From an uncultured virus (IMG/VR IMGVR_UViG_3300031857_000107) (lineage: Duplodnaviria; Heunggongvirae; Uroviricota; Caudoviricetes), in IMG/VR virus record IMGVR_UViG_3300031857_000107: DNA of 64,000 bases; one strand, 5' to 3'. A model generated the notes under the pieces. The model ran no database searches. It was not told the DNA's origin and saw only the letters and a list, made by a program, of their open reading frames with translations. Below, one piece after another: positions 9,737 to 19,244 of the stretch. Within the stretch, counting starts at the first letter, position 1, and each line of letters starts with the position of its first letter. A program made the position numbers and the translations under genes.

Positions 9737-10788
9737 AAATATTAGTAACTGGAATTTTAGGTCAAGATGGAGCGAACATGGTTGAATATTTGCTAGAAAA
9801 TACTGAAGCTAAAATATTTGGAATGATTAGACGAACATCAAATCCGAACTTTGTAAACTGCAAGTCTTTTATTAAAAATGAAAGATTTCAATTAGTTTAT
9901 GGAGATCTTTCAGATAGTATAAGCTTAGATAATCTCGTAAGAGATATTCAACCAGATTATTTTATAAATTTTGCCGCTCAAAGTTTTGTTGGATGTAGCT
10001 GGGAAATTCCTCTTCAAACTTTTGATGCAAATGCTACTGGAGTAGCAAGATGTTTAGAAGCGATTCGCAGATTTCAACCCAAGTGTCGTTTTTATTCTGC
10101 TGGATCTAGCGAAGAGTTTGGTGATGTGCAATATAGCCCTCAAGATATAACCCATCCTGTTAGACCTAGAAGCCCATACGGCGCAAGCAAAGCCGCTGCT
10201 CGTCATTTAGTCAAGGTGTATCGCGAATCATATAATTTATATGCGGTTCACAGTATTCTTTTCAATCATGAAGGAACAAAACGAGGAGAAGAATTTGTAA
10301 CCAGAAAAATCAGCAAAGGTGTGGCTCGCATATATCATGCTATAAAAAACAATCAACCATTTGCTCCAATTGAACTTGGAAATTTAGATGCAAAAAGAGA
10401 TTGGTCTGACTCTGAAGATTTTGTTGAAGGCGTGTGGAGAATTATGAACCAAGACAAGCCTAAAGATTATGTTCTTTCAAGCAATGAAACGCACACAATC
10501 AGAGAATTCATAAATAAATCTTTTTTTTGTGCTGGCATAGATGGAGTTTGGCACGGCTCTGGACAGCAAGAAGAAATGAGTGTTTCTACTGAATACGCCA
10601 TTAAAAACGAAATTCAATCATCAATTTTAGTTAAAATTAATCCTAAATTTTACAGACCCGCCGAAGTTGAGCTTCTTTTGGGAGACTCAACTCCAGCCAG
10701 AAAAGAATTAGGTTGGAAACCGAAAATTTCCTTTGACAACCTCGTAGAACGCATGGTAAAGTATGACATAGATAATTTTAAAATCTAG
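9733..10788 (+). CDS. gmd: GDP-mannose 4,6-dehydratase
   Basis: TGILGQDG, AAQSFV, PRSPYGASK, FNHE, FVTRKI, LGNLDAKRDW, RPAEV. Confidence 0.95.
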   Translation: MKILVTGILGQDGANMVEYLLENTEAKIFGMIRRTSNPNFVNCKSFIKNERFQLVYGDLSDSISLDNLVRDIQPDYFINFAAQSFVGCSWEIPLQTFDANATGVARCLEAIRRFQPKCRFYSAGSSEEFGDVQYSPQDITHPVRPRSPYGASKAAARHLVKVYRESYNLYAVHSILFNHEGTKRGEEFVTRKISKGVARIYHAIKNNQPFAPIELGNLDAKRDWSDSEDFVEGVWRIMNQDKPKDYVLSSNETHTIREFINKSFFCAGIDGVWHGSGQQEEMSVSTEYAIKNEIQSSILVKINPKFYRPAEVELLLGDSTPARKELGWKPKISFDNLVERMVKYDIDNFKI

Positions 10789-10806
10789 TGTATAATACTT
10801 TTTACC

Positions 10807-12789
10807 ATGACTAATCATCGAACTCTTCTTTCGCCAGAATTTTTATCAAAATATAAAAACAAACAACCCAACTGGGGTTTTAATGGACTTGGATACATAG
10901 TATACAAGAGAACGTATGCTCGCCTAAAAGAAGATGGAACAACAGAAGAGTGGAATGAAACAGTAGAACGTTGTATCAATGGCGCACAGAAAATTGGCGC
11001 ACAATATACAAAAGAAGAAGCAGAACGTATTTATGATTACATTTTTAATTTAAAATGTAATTTTGCAGGTCGAATGCTTTGGCAACTCGGCACTTCAACT
11101 GTTGATCGTTTCGGCGCAAATTCTCTTCTCAATTGCTGGGCAACAGCAATGCGTGAGCCAAAAGCTTTTTTGTTTCTCTTTGAGAACTTGATGCTTGGCG
11201 GTGGTGTAGGTTATAGTATTCGCCGTGAAGACGTTCACGAACTCCCAAAGATTAAGAAAGGTGTAAATGTTATTCATGAAGCAACTAAAGACGCTGATTA
11301 TATTGTGCCAGATAAACGCGAAGGTTGGGTTAATCTACTTTCTAAAGTTCTGGATGCTTTTTACGTTACAGGTAAATCGTTTTCGTACTCGACTATTCTC
11401 ATCAGAGGTTACGGCGAACCAATCAAGGGTTTTGGCGGCAAGGCTAGTGGCCCACAAATCCTTATTGACGGAATCGATAAGATCACAAAGATCTTCCAAG
11501 CTCGCGAAGGCAAAAAGCTTCGCTCGATTGATGTGTTGGATATCTGCAATATTATTGGCAGCGTTGTTGTCGCTGGTAATGTACGTCGTAGCGCAGAAAT
11601 CGCTCTAGGCGATCCTGACGATATTCTTTATCTCCGCGCCAAGAACTGGGGTTCAGGAAATGTTCCTAATTGGCGAGCGATGAGTAATAACACTATCTAT
11701 GCTGATAGTTATGATCACGTTCTTGAAGAAATTTGGAAGAATGGATATGAGATTAACAAAGATTCAGGTTATGCAAATGGTGAGCCTTATGGCTTCTTTA
11801 ATCTTCCTCTTTCTCAAAAGTTTGGACGCATTAAAGATGGACCAATTTCTGAAAATCTTTTATATCCAACAGATGCAGATAATTGCGAAATGACAAATCC
11901 ATGCGCTGAAATCAGCCTTGCAAATTATGAATGCTGCAATCTTTCAGAGCTATATCTAAATAATATCACCTCGAAAGAGGAACTAATCGACTGTGCAAAA
12001 CTTCTTTATAAGACTCAAAAGGCTATTGCCGCTCTTCCATTCATTCACGAAGAGACTAACCGAATCGTTCACAAGAATATGCGACTCGGCCTTGGTGTTA
12101 CTGGCGTGTGCCAGTCTCTTGATAAGCTTGATTGGCTTGATGATTGCTATGTTGCTCTACGCAATTTTGACAAGTCTTGGAGCAAGCATCGTGGCTGGTC
12201 TGAAAGCATTAAGCTTACGACCATCAAGCCAAGTGGAACTCTAAGCTTGCTTGGTGGAGCCACTCCCGGTGTTCATCCAGCTTTCAGTCAGTATTATATG
12301 CGTACAGTTCGTATGTCTAGTTCTGACGCTCTTGTTCAGACCTGCAAAGACATGGGTTATCATGTTGAATTCCTCGTTAATTTTGATGGAACTGAGAATC
12401 GCGATACTGTTGTAGTTTATTTCCCATGCAAAACTCCAGAAGGTTCCATTCTTACCAAGGACATGGATGTCATTAAGCAGCTTGATATGGTTAAGAAGCT
12501 ACAAACAGTTTGGTCTGATAATGCTGTTTCTGTAACTGCTTATTATAAACCAGAAGAACTTGAGTCTCTTAAAGTTTGGCTAAAAGACAATTACGAAAAC
12601 AATATTAAGAGCGTCAGCTTTCTTTTGTTCAAGGATCACGGCTTCAAGCAAGCTCCATATCAAGAAATTGATGAATCTGCTTATTTAACTGCGAGTGCTA
12701 AAGTTAAGCCTCTTACTAGCATGTCTACCGGCAACACAGAAATGCTAGACATGGCTGAATGCGCTGGTGGTGCGTGTCCAATTCGATAA
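10807..12789 (+). CDS. nrdJ: class II (adenosylcobalamin-dependent) ribonucleotide reductase
   Basis: SLLNC, GNVRRSAEI, TNPCAEI, TTIKPSGT, C-terminal ECAGGACPIR. Confidence 0.92.
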   Translation: MTNHRTLLSPEFLSKYKNKQPNWGFNGLGYIVYKRTYARLKEDGTTEEWNETVERCINGAQKIGAQYTKEEAERIYDYIFNLKCNFAGRMLWQLGTSTVDRFGANSLLNCWATAMREPKAFLFLFENLMLGGGVGYSIRREDVHELPKIKKGVNVIHEATKDADYIVPDKREGWVNLLSKVLDAFYVTGKSFSYSTILIRGYGEPIKGFGGKASGPQILIDGIDKITKIFQAREGKKLRSIDVLDICNIIGSVVVAGNVRRSAEIALGDPDDILYLRAKNWGSGNVPNWRAMSNNTIYADSYDHVLEEIWKNGYEINKDSGYANGEPYGFFNLPLSQKFGRIKDGPISENLLYPTDADNCEMTNPCAEISLANYECCNLSELYLNNITSKEELIDCAKLLYKTQKAIAALPFIHEETNRIVHKNMRLGLGVTGVCQSLDKLDWLDDCYVALRNFDKSWSKHRGWSESIKLTTIKPSGTLSLLGGATPGVHPAFSQYYMRTVRMSSSDALVQTCKDMGYHVEFLVNFDGTENRDTVVVYFPCKTPEGSILTKDMDVIKQLDMVKKLQTVWSDNAVSVTAYYKPEELESLKVWLKDNYENNIKSVSFLLFKDHGFKQAPYQEIDESAYLTASAKVKPLTSMSTGNTEMLDMAECAGGACPIR

Positions 12790-12839
12790 AAGTTGAAAAA
12801 CATTTTCACAAATATAACATAAATTACATATACAAAAAT

Positions 12840-12983
12840 ATGAATAAGACTACAGCTAAGACTACCGTAAATAACACTTCAAAGACTGCCGCCAAGATTG
12901 TTACTGCTTCAGCCAAGGCCGCAAAGCCAGCTACCAAGCCAGCTACGCCTCCAGCAAAGCCAAGTGGTGGCAAGAAGAAGTAA
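12840..12983 (+). CDS. small Lys/Ala/Thr/Pro-rich basic protein (histone H1-like)
   Basis: MNKTTAK…AAKPATKPATPPAKPSGGKKK, no acidic residues; start moved to ATG 12840; followed by terminator. Confidence 0.6.
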   Translation: MNKTTAKTTVNNTSKTAAKIVTASAKAAKPATKPATPPAKPSGGKKK

Positions 12984-12999
12984 AAAACAATAGACAATT

Positions 13000-13032
13000 A
13001 GAAAGCCGCCCTAAAAAGCGGCTTTCTTTTTT
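13000..13032 (+). terminator. intrinsic terminator
   Basis: agaaagccgc-loop-gcggctttct plus T run. Confidence 0.85.
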
Positions 13033-13064
13033 CCAACCTTTAATTATCTTGTGTAATTAATGAT

Positions 13065-13535
13065 ATGAATTTAGTAGTAGATTTTAGCCAAGAAATTAGT
13101 GCAAAAAAGAGACAAGGCCCAAAAAGTTCTGCTCAAACTCCAGCCAAACCAGAAGAAAAGAAAAAAGGTTCAAATATAAATGAACCTGGATCTGCTGGCA
13201 CTACCCCACAAGCTAAAGAAAGAGCTAAAGAAGTTCTGAAAAGAAAAGATGAAAAACAGTTAGTTACTAAAGCTGAAATAACATTCAGCGAAAAAGTCAC
13301 AAACGCTTTGAAAGAAAAAGTAAAAAACCATAACGCCAAACATTCTAAAAAAGTAACGCTAGGACAATTGAAGAAAGTTTATAGAAGAGGTTTAGGAGCT
13401 TTTAGTTCAAGTCATCGTCCCGGTAAATCCAGAGCGCAATGGGCAATGGCAAGAGTCAATACTTTCTTAAGAATGCAAAGTGGTGGTAAAGTTAAAGACG
13501 CTTATCGTCGCGCAGATCAAGATATAGCTAACTAA
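13065..13535 (+). CDS. basic viral protein (DUF5824-like), probable head/internal protein
   Basis: LKKVYRRGLGAF…HRPG…QWAMARVN motif; preceded by GTGTAA motif. Confidence 0.55.
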   Translation: MNLVVDFSQEISAKKRQGPKSSAQTPAKPEEKKKGSNINEPGSAGTTPQAKERAKEVLKRKDEKQLVTKAEITFSEKVTNALKEKVKNHNAKHSKKVTLGQLKKVYRRGLGAFSSSHRPGKSRAQWAMARVNTFLRMQSGGKVKDAYRRADQDIAN

Positions 13536-13539
13536 TAAT

Positions 13540-13680
13540 ATGAACGACAGAATAGTAGACATGTATTATTATGATGATTTTGACGAAGAAGAGTTTGCTC
13601 AAGCTTTTTCTGATTTAAAAGAATTTGGTGTAAATGAAGATGAACAAAATTTACAGTATAGAGAAGATCTCTTCGATTAA
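13540..13680 (+). CDS. small acidic protein (46 aa)
   Basis: Not in track; MNDRIVDMYYYDDFDEEEF…EDLFD fills the gap exactly. Confidence 0.55.
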   Translation: MNDRIVDMYYYDDFDEEEFAQAFSDLKEFGVNEDEQNLQYREDLFD

Positions 13681-13681
13681 T

Positions 13682-14047
13682 ATGAATATCGTAACAAAAC
13701 TATTAACATTTCAGAATCAAATTAAGATTCTTCACTGGCAAACAACCTCTTACTCTGAACATAAAACTTTAGATGGTTTATATGGAGATCTATCTGGACA
13801 TATTGATGAATTTGTAGAAACATTTATGGGCAAATATGGAAGAATAATGGCTGAAAGTTCTTTTAATTTCAAATTAGAGAATTATAAAAATATGTCTCCA
13901 ATGGGATTAATGTCAGAAATGGAAGCTTATTTTATCAATGAATTGCCAACAATGCTTAATACAAAGACTGATACTGATCTTCTTAACATAAGAGATGAAA
14001 TGCTTGCATCTGTAAATCAAACTAAATATCTACTCACTTTAAAGTAA
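13682..14047 (+). CDS. ferritin/Dps-like four-helix protein (DUF5856-like)
   Basis: LHWQT…EHKTLD.LY…IDEFVE…G; start reassigned to ATG 13682. Confidence 0.7.
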   Translation: MNIVTKLLTFQNQIKILHWQTTSYSEHKTLDGLYGDLSGHIDEFVETFMGKYGRIMAESSFNFKLENYKNMSPMGLMSEMEAYFINELPTMLNTKTDTDLLNIRDEMLASVNQTKYLLTLK

Positions 14048-14048
14048 A

Positions 14049-14921
14049 ATGAATATATCAGTAAATTTTAGCAACGAGATTCGCGCTGCAAAAGATAAGA
14101 AAGCTCTTAACAAGCCTTTTCGAACCTCGAAAGGGCCTAAGAAATTTTCCGTTTACGTCAAAAACGAAAAAGGTAATGTCGTAAAGGTGAACTTTGGTGA
14201 TCCAAATATGGAGATTAAACGCGACGATCCCGCTCGTAGAAAGAGTTTTCGCGCTCGCCATCAATGCGACACTAACCCCGGTCCTCGCTGGAAAGCTAAA
14301 TACTGGTCTTGCAAAATGTGGGAGTCTAAAAAATCAGTTACTGATTATACTACAAAAGGATCTGTTGACGATATCATCCATCAATGGGATGGCATCACTC
14401 TTTGGGATGAAGCCGATCTTCTTAAAATTGCTCCTCATTTAGCTCAAGCCCAAGAAATTACTGAAGAAATTGAAAACGAGTCTGAAGAAGGAAATGAAGA
14501 AGCCTCTGAAATGGCTATGGCCCAATTAGCTTATATTGCTGATAATTCTAAAGACCTTCTTGAAAAACTTCGTGCAAATCCATCTATGGCTGAAGAAATT
14601 GAACCTTGGGTTCAAAGCAAAATTACTTTAATGGAGGATTATTTATTTGCTGTTTATAACTATCTTGTTTATTCTCAAAAAGAAGATGAAAAAGAAATGG
14701 AAGTTGAAAATGAAATGGAAGCTGGGATGCGCGTATTAAATATTAACGCTTCTTGTAAACACTACAACAGCGAAGGCTTTATTAAAGAAATCAAAGATCT
14801 TCCAAATGACATGGGAAAAATAGTTGCTTATGAAGTTCTTAACGATGGAAACAACTTTAAAAAAGGTGATATTTTAACAAAAACAATAGATCAAATTAAA
14901 ATTCTAGAAGGTAATAAATAA
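14049..14921 (+). CDS. probable head/internal protein (basic N-domain, DUF6321-like, plus acidic domains)
   Basis: LNKPFRT…KVNFGDP…RRKSFRARH.C…YWSCKMW; EPWVQSKIT. Confidence 0.5.
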   Translation: MNISVNFSNEIRAAKDKKALNKPFRTSKGPKKFSVYVKNEKGNVVKVNFGDPNMEIKRDDPARRKSFRARHQCDTNPGPRWKAKYWSCKMWESKKSVTDYTTKGSVDDIIHQWDGITLWDEADLLKIAPHLAQAQEITEEIENESEEGNEEASEMAMAQLAYIADNSKDLLEKLRANPSMAEEIEPWVQSKITLMEDYLFAVYNYLVYSQKEDEKEMEVENEMEAGMRVLNINASCKHYNSEGFIKEIKDLPNDMGKIVAYEVLNDGNNFKKGDILTKTIDQIKILEGNK

Positions 14922-14922
14922 C

Positions 14923-15453
14923 ATGAAATCAAATTTAAAATTCGACAATAAAAATTTTATCGCTGAAGTCTCCATCTCTAACATGATGGAAGAAGATGAA
15001 ATGGAAATGCATAGCGAATATATGAGCGAGTGCATGCTCAAAGATGAATCTTTGATCAACACCGCTGGTATGTCCACAAGTGACGCTAAGTATATGTGCG
15101 GCATGTCATACATGAAAAATCGCCCAATGCTTAATGAAATGGCAGGTCAATTGACCGAAAAACAAAAAACTCTTCCTCCCGCTCTTCAAAAAGCTATTCT
15201 AAAAAGAATGCAAAAGAAGGGCAATTTAAATGAAGAGGGTAAAAAAGAAGCAGGTGAATCACCTGAAAGCGAAAAATCCGAAGCCGCTCAGATAGCTGTT
15301 TTCCCAGAAACCCCCGCTCCCCCATCAGGAAACATTACTCCAGATGCAGCTATAGAAGGTTTGAAAATAGATGAAAAGCTAAAAGCAGAGCAAGAAAAAT
15401 CTGCTCCTAAAAACCCAGGATTACAAAGTGTTACGTTTGATCCAAAATCTTAA
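14923..15453 (+). CDS. hypothetical protein, probably virion-associated
   Basis: acidic/Met-rich; LTEKQKTLPPALQKAI motif. Confidence 0.45.
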   Translation: MKSNLKFDNKNFIAEVSISNMMEEDEMEMHSEYMSECMLKDESLINTAGMSTSDAKYMCGMSYMKNRPMLNEMAGQLTEKQKTLPPALQKAILKRMQKKGNLNEEGKKEAGESPESEKSEAAQIAVFPETPAPPSGNITPDAAIEGLKIDEKLKAEQEKSAPKNPGLQSVTFDPKS

Positions 15454-15466
15454 AAAATAAAAACTT

Positions 15467-15497
15467 TAAAAACCGCTGGGAAACCAGCGGTTTTTTT
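15467..15497 (+). terminator. intrinsic terminator
   Basis: aaccgctgg-GAAA-ccagcggtt plus T7. Confidence 0.9.
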
Positions 15498-15498
15498 G

Positions 15499-15526
15499 TT
15501 GACTTCTATCCTCACTACTGTATCTT
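15499..15526 (+). promoter_or_regulatory. sigma70-type promoter of the replication block
   Basis: TTGACT-N16-TATCTT, GTG start 6 nt downstream. Confidence 0.7.
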
Positions 15527-15532
15527 CGTGAT

Positions 15533-15898
15533 GTGGATAAAGAGACTCCTAAAAAGAAAAGAACAAGAAAAAAAAGTTTCTATCTTATTGATGTAATCGA
15601 AAGATGCGTAAAAAATCATAAAGGTCAACCATCAGCTTTTTGGACAAAAGAAATGACTTTTCTTAAAAAGCTCATGAAGCAGTATCCAAATGAAGAATTT
15701 TGGAAAAAAACTTCTTTAAAACCAGTATCATCACTTGTAGCTTTTTTAACAAGCGAAGTTGATTATATCAAATTAAAGTATTCTGAATTCAATTTTCAAC
15801 CTGAATTGAAAAATGAAGAAATAAAACTTGGCGATAAGGTTGGTGAAGACTACAATAACTCAGTAAAACCAAAAACAATTAAAAATTTCTTAAAATGA
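15533..15898 (+). CDS. hypothetical protein
   Basis: ORF with GTG start, ATGA overlap with recA. Confidence 0.6.
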   Translation: MDKETPKKKRTRKKSFYLIDVIERCVKNHKGQPSAFWTKEMTFLKKLMKQYPNEEFWKKTSLKPVSSLVAFLTSEVDYIKLKYSEFNFQPELKNEEIKLGDKVGEDYNNSVKPKTIKNFLK

Positions 15899-17070
15899 GT
15901 AAAAAGAATAATAAAGAAGAAGTGGACAGCAGTAAGATTACAACATCTCAAGATCAACTAAAAAGTTTCTTGAAGCAAAATAAAGAATCTCATTATAATT
16001 ATGAACCAACTATAGATTATAAGGTTTCAAGCGGCAGTCTTTTGCTTGATTATTTTCTAGCTGGTGGTATTGGCACTGGATTGCATCGATTCTGTGGAAT
16101 CAATGAAGGCGGCAAAACGAGTTGCGCTCTTCAGTTTATGAAGAACTTCTTAGATCAACCTAAGAAGCGCAAAGGATTTTATATCAAAGCTGAAGGTCGA
16201 TTGAGCAATGAAATGATCACTCGCTCTGGAGTTAAGTTCGTATTTAATGAAGAAGAGTGGGTTGAAGGTACATGTTTTGTTTTTGAATCGAACATTCATG
16301 AAACCGTATTTGATGCAATGCGAGAACTGGTTGGTAAGAATGATGAGAAGATGATGTATTTCTTTCTCCTAGATTCTGTCGATGGTTTGATTAGAAAGGG
16401 TGATCTTGATAAAACCTTCGAAGAGTCGCAAAAGGTTGCTGGCGGTGCAGTAATCGCAGCAGATCTTATGAAACGCATGTCTATTGCTCTGCAAAAGCGT
16501 GGACATATCGCAGTATTTATTTCTCAAGTTCGTGCTGATATCAAACTTGATCCATATAGCAAGGCTCCAATTCGTCAAACTACTGCCACAGGTGGCAACG
16601 CTTTGTTGCACTTTGCTAACTGGATTTTTGAATTTGATGCTCGTTTTAAGGGTGATCTAATTCTTGAAGATCCTAACGCTTCTTACGATGAGCAAAAGAA
16701 TCCATATCTTGGACACTTTGTGAAGATCGTTGTAAAGAAATCTCCAAATGAAAGAACTAATTGCACTATTCGATATCCAATTAAATATGGAAGAAAGAAT
16801 GGTACTTCTAATTGGGTAGAAAAGGAAATTTTTGATTTTCTAACTATGTGGGAGATCGCCATTAAGAAAGGTGCTTGGATTAGTTTTGACGAAGAGTTTC
16901 TTAACACTTTGAAGGAAGCTGGTTTTACAGAATTTCCTGCTCAAATTCAAGGAGCAGCAAAGTTCGAACAAATTGTAAACGACAATGAAAAACTTAAGAA
17001 TTTCTTTTTTAAGTATATTAGCGAAAACCTATTAAATTTTGGCGATGGAATTTCTATCTCTGAGCAATAA
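15895..17070 (+). CDS. recA: RecA/UvsX-like recombinase
   Basis: SSGSLLLD…GG, Walker A GINEGGKT, LDSV, ISQVR, TGGNALLH, GAW. Confidence 0.85.
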   Translation: MSKKNNKEEVDSSKITTSQDQLKSFLKQNKESHYNYEPTIDYKVSSGSLLLDYFLAGGIGTGLHRFCGINEGGKTSCALQFMKNFLDQPKKRKGFYIKAEGRLSNEMITRSGVKFVFNEEEWVEGTCFVFESNIHETVFDAMRELVGKNDEKMMYFFLLDSVDGLIRKGDLDKTFEESQKVAGGAVIAADLMKRMSIALQKRGHIAVFISQVRADIKLDPYSKAPIRQTTATGGNALLHFANWIFEFDARFKGDLILEDPNASYDEQKNPYLGHFVKIVVKKSPNERTNCTIRYPIKYGRKNGTSNWVEKEIFDFLTMWEIAIKKGAWISFDEEFLNTLKEAGFTEFPAQIQGAAKFEQIVNDNEKLKNFFFKYISENLLNFGDGISISEQ

Positions 17071-17452
17071 GAAAAGACGCTGCAAAAATGCTCGCAATTA
17101 TTTAATTAATTGGAGCATGGATAGCCGTAGTAAATTTCAAACTGAAGCTAAGAAATTTTTACGAAACTATTGGCAGCACAACATTGTGTTCGAAGAGTTT
17201 CCTATTGTAGGAACTCGTCTTACCTTGGACTTTTATAATGCTAATAAAAAAATAGCTATAGAAGTTCAAGGTAGGCAACATACTGGTTTTGTTAAATTCT
17301 TTCATGAAAACAGGATGAATTTTCTTCATCAATTAAATAGAGATAAGAAAAAAGAACGTTTTTGTGAACTTAATGAAATTACACTTGTAACTATATTTGA
17401 AAATGATATAATAAATAAAGATCTTTTCGAAAGTCAAGGTGTAATATTATAA
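17045..17452 (+). CDS. PD-(D/E)XK endonuclease (Vsr/DUF559-like)
   Basis: EEFP, LDFY, IAIEVQGRQH, RD..K..FC. Confidence 0.7.
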   Translation: MEFLSLSNKKRRCKNARNYLINWSMDSRSKFQTEAKKFLRNYWQHNIVFEEFPIVGTRLTLDFYNANKKIAIEVQGRQHTGFVKFFHENRMNFLHQLNRDKKKERFCELNEITLVTIFENDIINKDLFESQGVIL

Positions 17453-17453
17453 C

Positions 17454-17714
17454 ATGAAGAAGGACTCTCAATCAGAGAATTTTAAACAATTTAAAATTCC
17501 TGAAAATTATTTTAATAAACTCTACGAGTTCAGTGGGTCCGATGAATCCTCTAAAGGATTTATAGTGGCTTATGTCTCCCAAGATGGATGCCCAATGATT
17601 TATACTAAAGTGGCTAACCCAATCGTAGAAATGGGTCTAGTTAAGGCTTTGGAGAAGTATTTAGATGAGGTAGACAAGGAGCAGAATTCCATTGACATGA
17701 CTGACGAGCCATGA
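17454..17714 (+). CDS. hypothetical protein
   Basis: ORF; GTGTAA motif 9 nt upstream. Confidence 0.6.
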   Translation: MKKDSQSENFKQFKIPENYFNKLYEFSGSDESSKGFIVAYVSQDGCPMIYTKVANPIVEMGLVKALEKYLDEVDKEQNSIDMTDEP

Positions 17715-17720
17715 TAATGT
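17692..17720 (+). promoter_or_regulatory. sigma70-type promoter of dnaB
   Basis: TTGACA-N17-TAATGT. Confidence 0.5.
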
Positions 17721-17729
17721 TCGCTCGGA

Positions 17730-19244
17730 ATGATTTATTCGTATGATTTAGAGACTCAGTTGCTTGCTGGACTGATTAAATATCCAGAAAGATACGCTGA
17801 TGTCGCATCTTTCATTACAGAAAGAGATTTCTGGAGCGAGAGTTCTAAGATAAATAGAACTATTTTTTGCGTACTTCGTCAAACCATAGACAATGGTGAA
17901 AGAATTGACGACGTAGTTATTTCTCAAAGAGTAAAGAATTTTGGAGTAACTTTTGAAGACAATATTAATCCATCTGATTATATTGAATCTTTATCTCTTA
18001 AAAAGATATCTCCAGAATCTATCACAAGTGTTGCTAAAGAATTGAAGAAATACACCATTCGTCGTGAGATCGCGATGTGTGGAGCAGATATCAACAAGAA
18101 GATGAAGTCTATATCTCCATCTTCTGATTACAATGTTATCATCGAAACCGCTGATAAACTTTATAATGATCAAATTAATTTGTACGAAACTGGCACAGAT
18201 CAGCCAGAAAATATTTTTGATGAAATGGAAGCTCTTATCGAAGAGCGTGGAAATAATCCAGTTACTGAATTTGGATTTGCTGGCCCTTATCCGAAGACTC
18301 AAGATATGTACGGTTCTCTTCTTAGACCGGGAAATATTACAGTCATTGTTGCTCGTTCTGGCGTAGGTAAGACTCAATTATGTTTAGATTTTACAACTAA
18401 AGTTTCTGAGCAATATAAAGTTCCAGTTCTTCATTTTGATAATGGAGAAATGAGCAAAGAAGAACTAATTTTTAGACAATGTGCTGCGTTATCTAAAGTT
18501 CCAATGTATCTTCTTGAAAGCGGAAACTGGCGCAAAGCTGGTTCAGAAATTGTTGATAATGTAAGATCAGTTTGGCAATCTCTGAAAGACAGATATAAAC
18601 ATCTTTATTATTACAACGTTGGCGGAATGAGCGTTGACGCTCAAATAAGCGTATTGAAGCGTTTTTATTATTCAAAAATCGGTCGAGGCAATCCTCTTAT
18701 TTTTAGTTTCGACTATATTAAAACTACAAGTGAAAATAGCGGCAATAAAAATGAATGGCAGCTTGTTGGCGAAATGGTTGATAAATATAAACGTTGTATT
18801 CAAAGAGATATTAAGAATGATAAAGGTCCATGTATTTCAATGATGACTTCGGTTCAGTCTAATCGCGCAGGTATTGTAACCAATAAGAGCGCCGCAAATG
18901 TAACTGATGATGAAAGTATTGTATCTCTATCAGATCGTATCACTCAGTTTTCATCTCACATGTTTATTCTTCGTCAGAAAACATTTGACGAACTACAAAA
19001 CGAAGTGGGTTTTGGAACTCATAAACTGATTAATATCAAAGCCCGTCATTTGGGTAAAGATATTGCTGGCGCTATTAATCCAGTAAAACTCCCTGACGGA
19101 AGTCTTAAAAAGAATTTTATAAATCTAGAAATTGCTAATTTCTGCGTCACTGAAAAAGGTGATTATAGAGATATCGTTGATTCTCTTAGCGCAACCGCAA
19201 ATGTAGCCAAGGATAATAATGACGACGTACCTAACCTCGATTGA
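17730..19244 (+). CDS. dnaB: DnaB-like replicative helicase
   Basis: VARSGVGKT, GEMS, FDYI, QSNR, SDRI. Confidence 0.9.
   Translation: MIYSYDLETQLLAGLIKYPERYADVASFITERDFWSESSKINRTIFCVLRQTIDNGERIDDVVISQRVKNFGVTFEDNINPSDYIESLSLKKISPESITSVAKELKKYTIRREIAMCGADINKKMKSISPSSDYNVIIETADKLYNDQINLYETGTDQPENIFDEMEALIEERGNNPVTEFGFAGPYPKTQDMYGSLLRPGNITVIVARSGVGKTQLCLDFTTKVSEQYKVPVLHFDNGEMSKEELIFRQCAALSKVPMYLLESGNWRKAGSEIVDNVRSVWQSLKDRYKHLYYYNVGGMSVDAQISVLKRFYYSKIGRGNPLIFSFDYIKTTSENSGNKNEWQLVGEMVDKYKRCIQRDIKNDKGPCISMMTSVQSNRAGIVTNKSAANVTDDESIVSLSDRITQFSSHMFILRQKTFDELQNEVGFGTHKLINIKARHLGKDIAGAINPVKLPDGSLKKNFINLEIANFCVTEKGDYRDIVDSLSATANVAKDNNDDVPNLD

Noticed and set aside
13533..13542. Frameshift or read-through joining 13065..13535 to 13540..13680
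   Set aside because: Different frames, tandem TAA stops, no slippery sequence, and the second ORF has its own ATG
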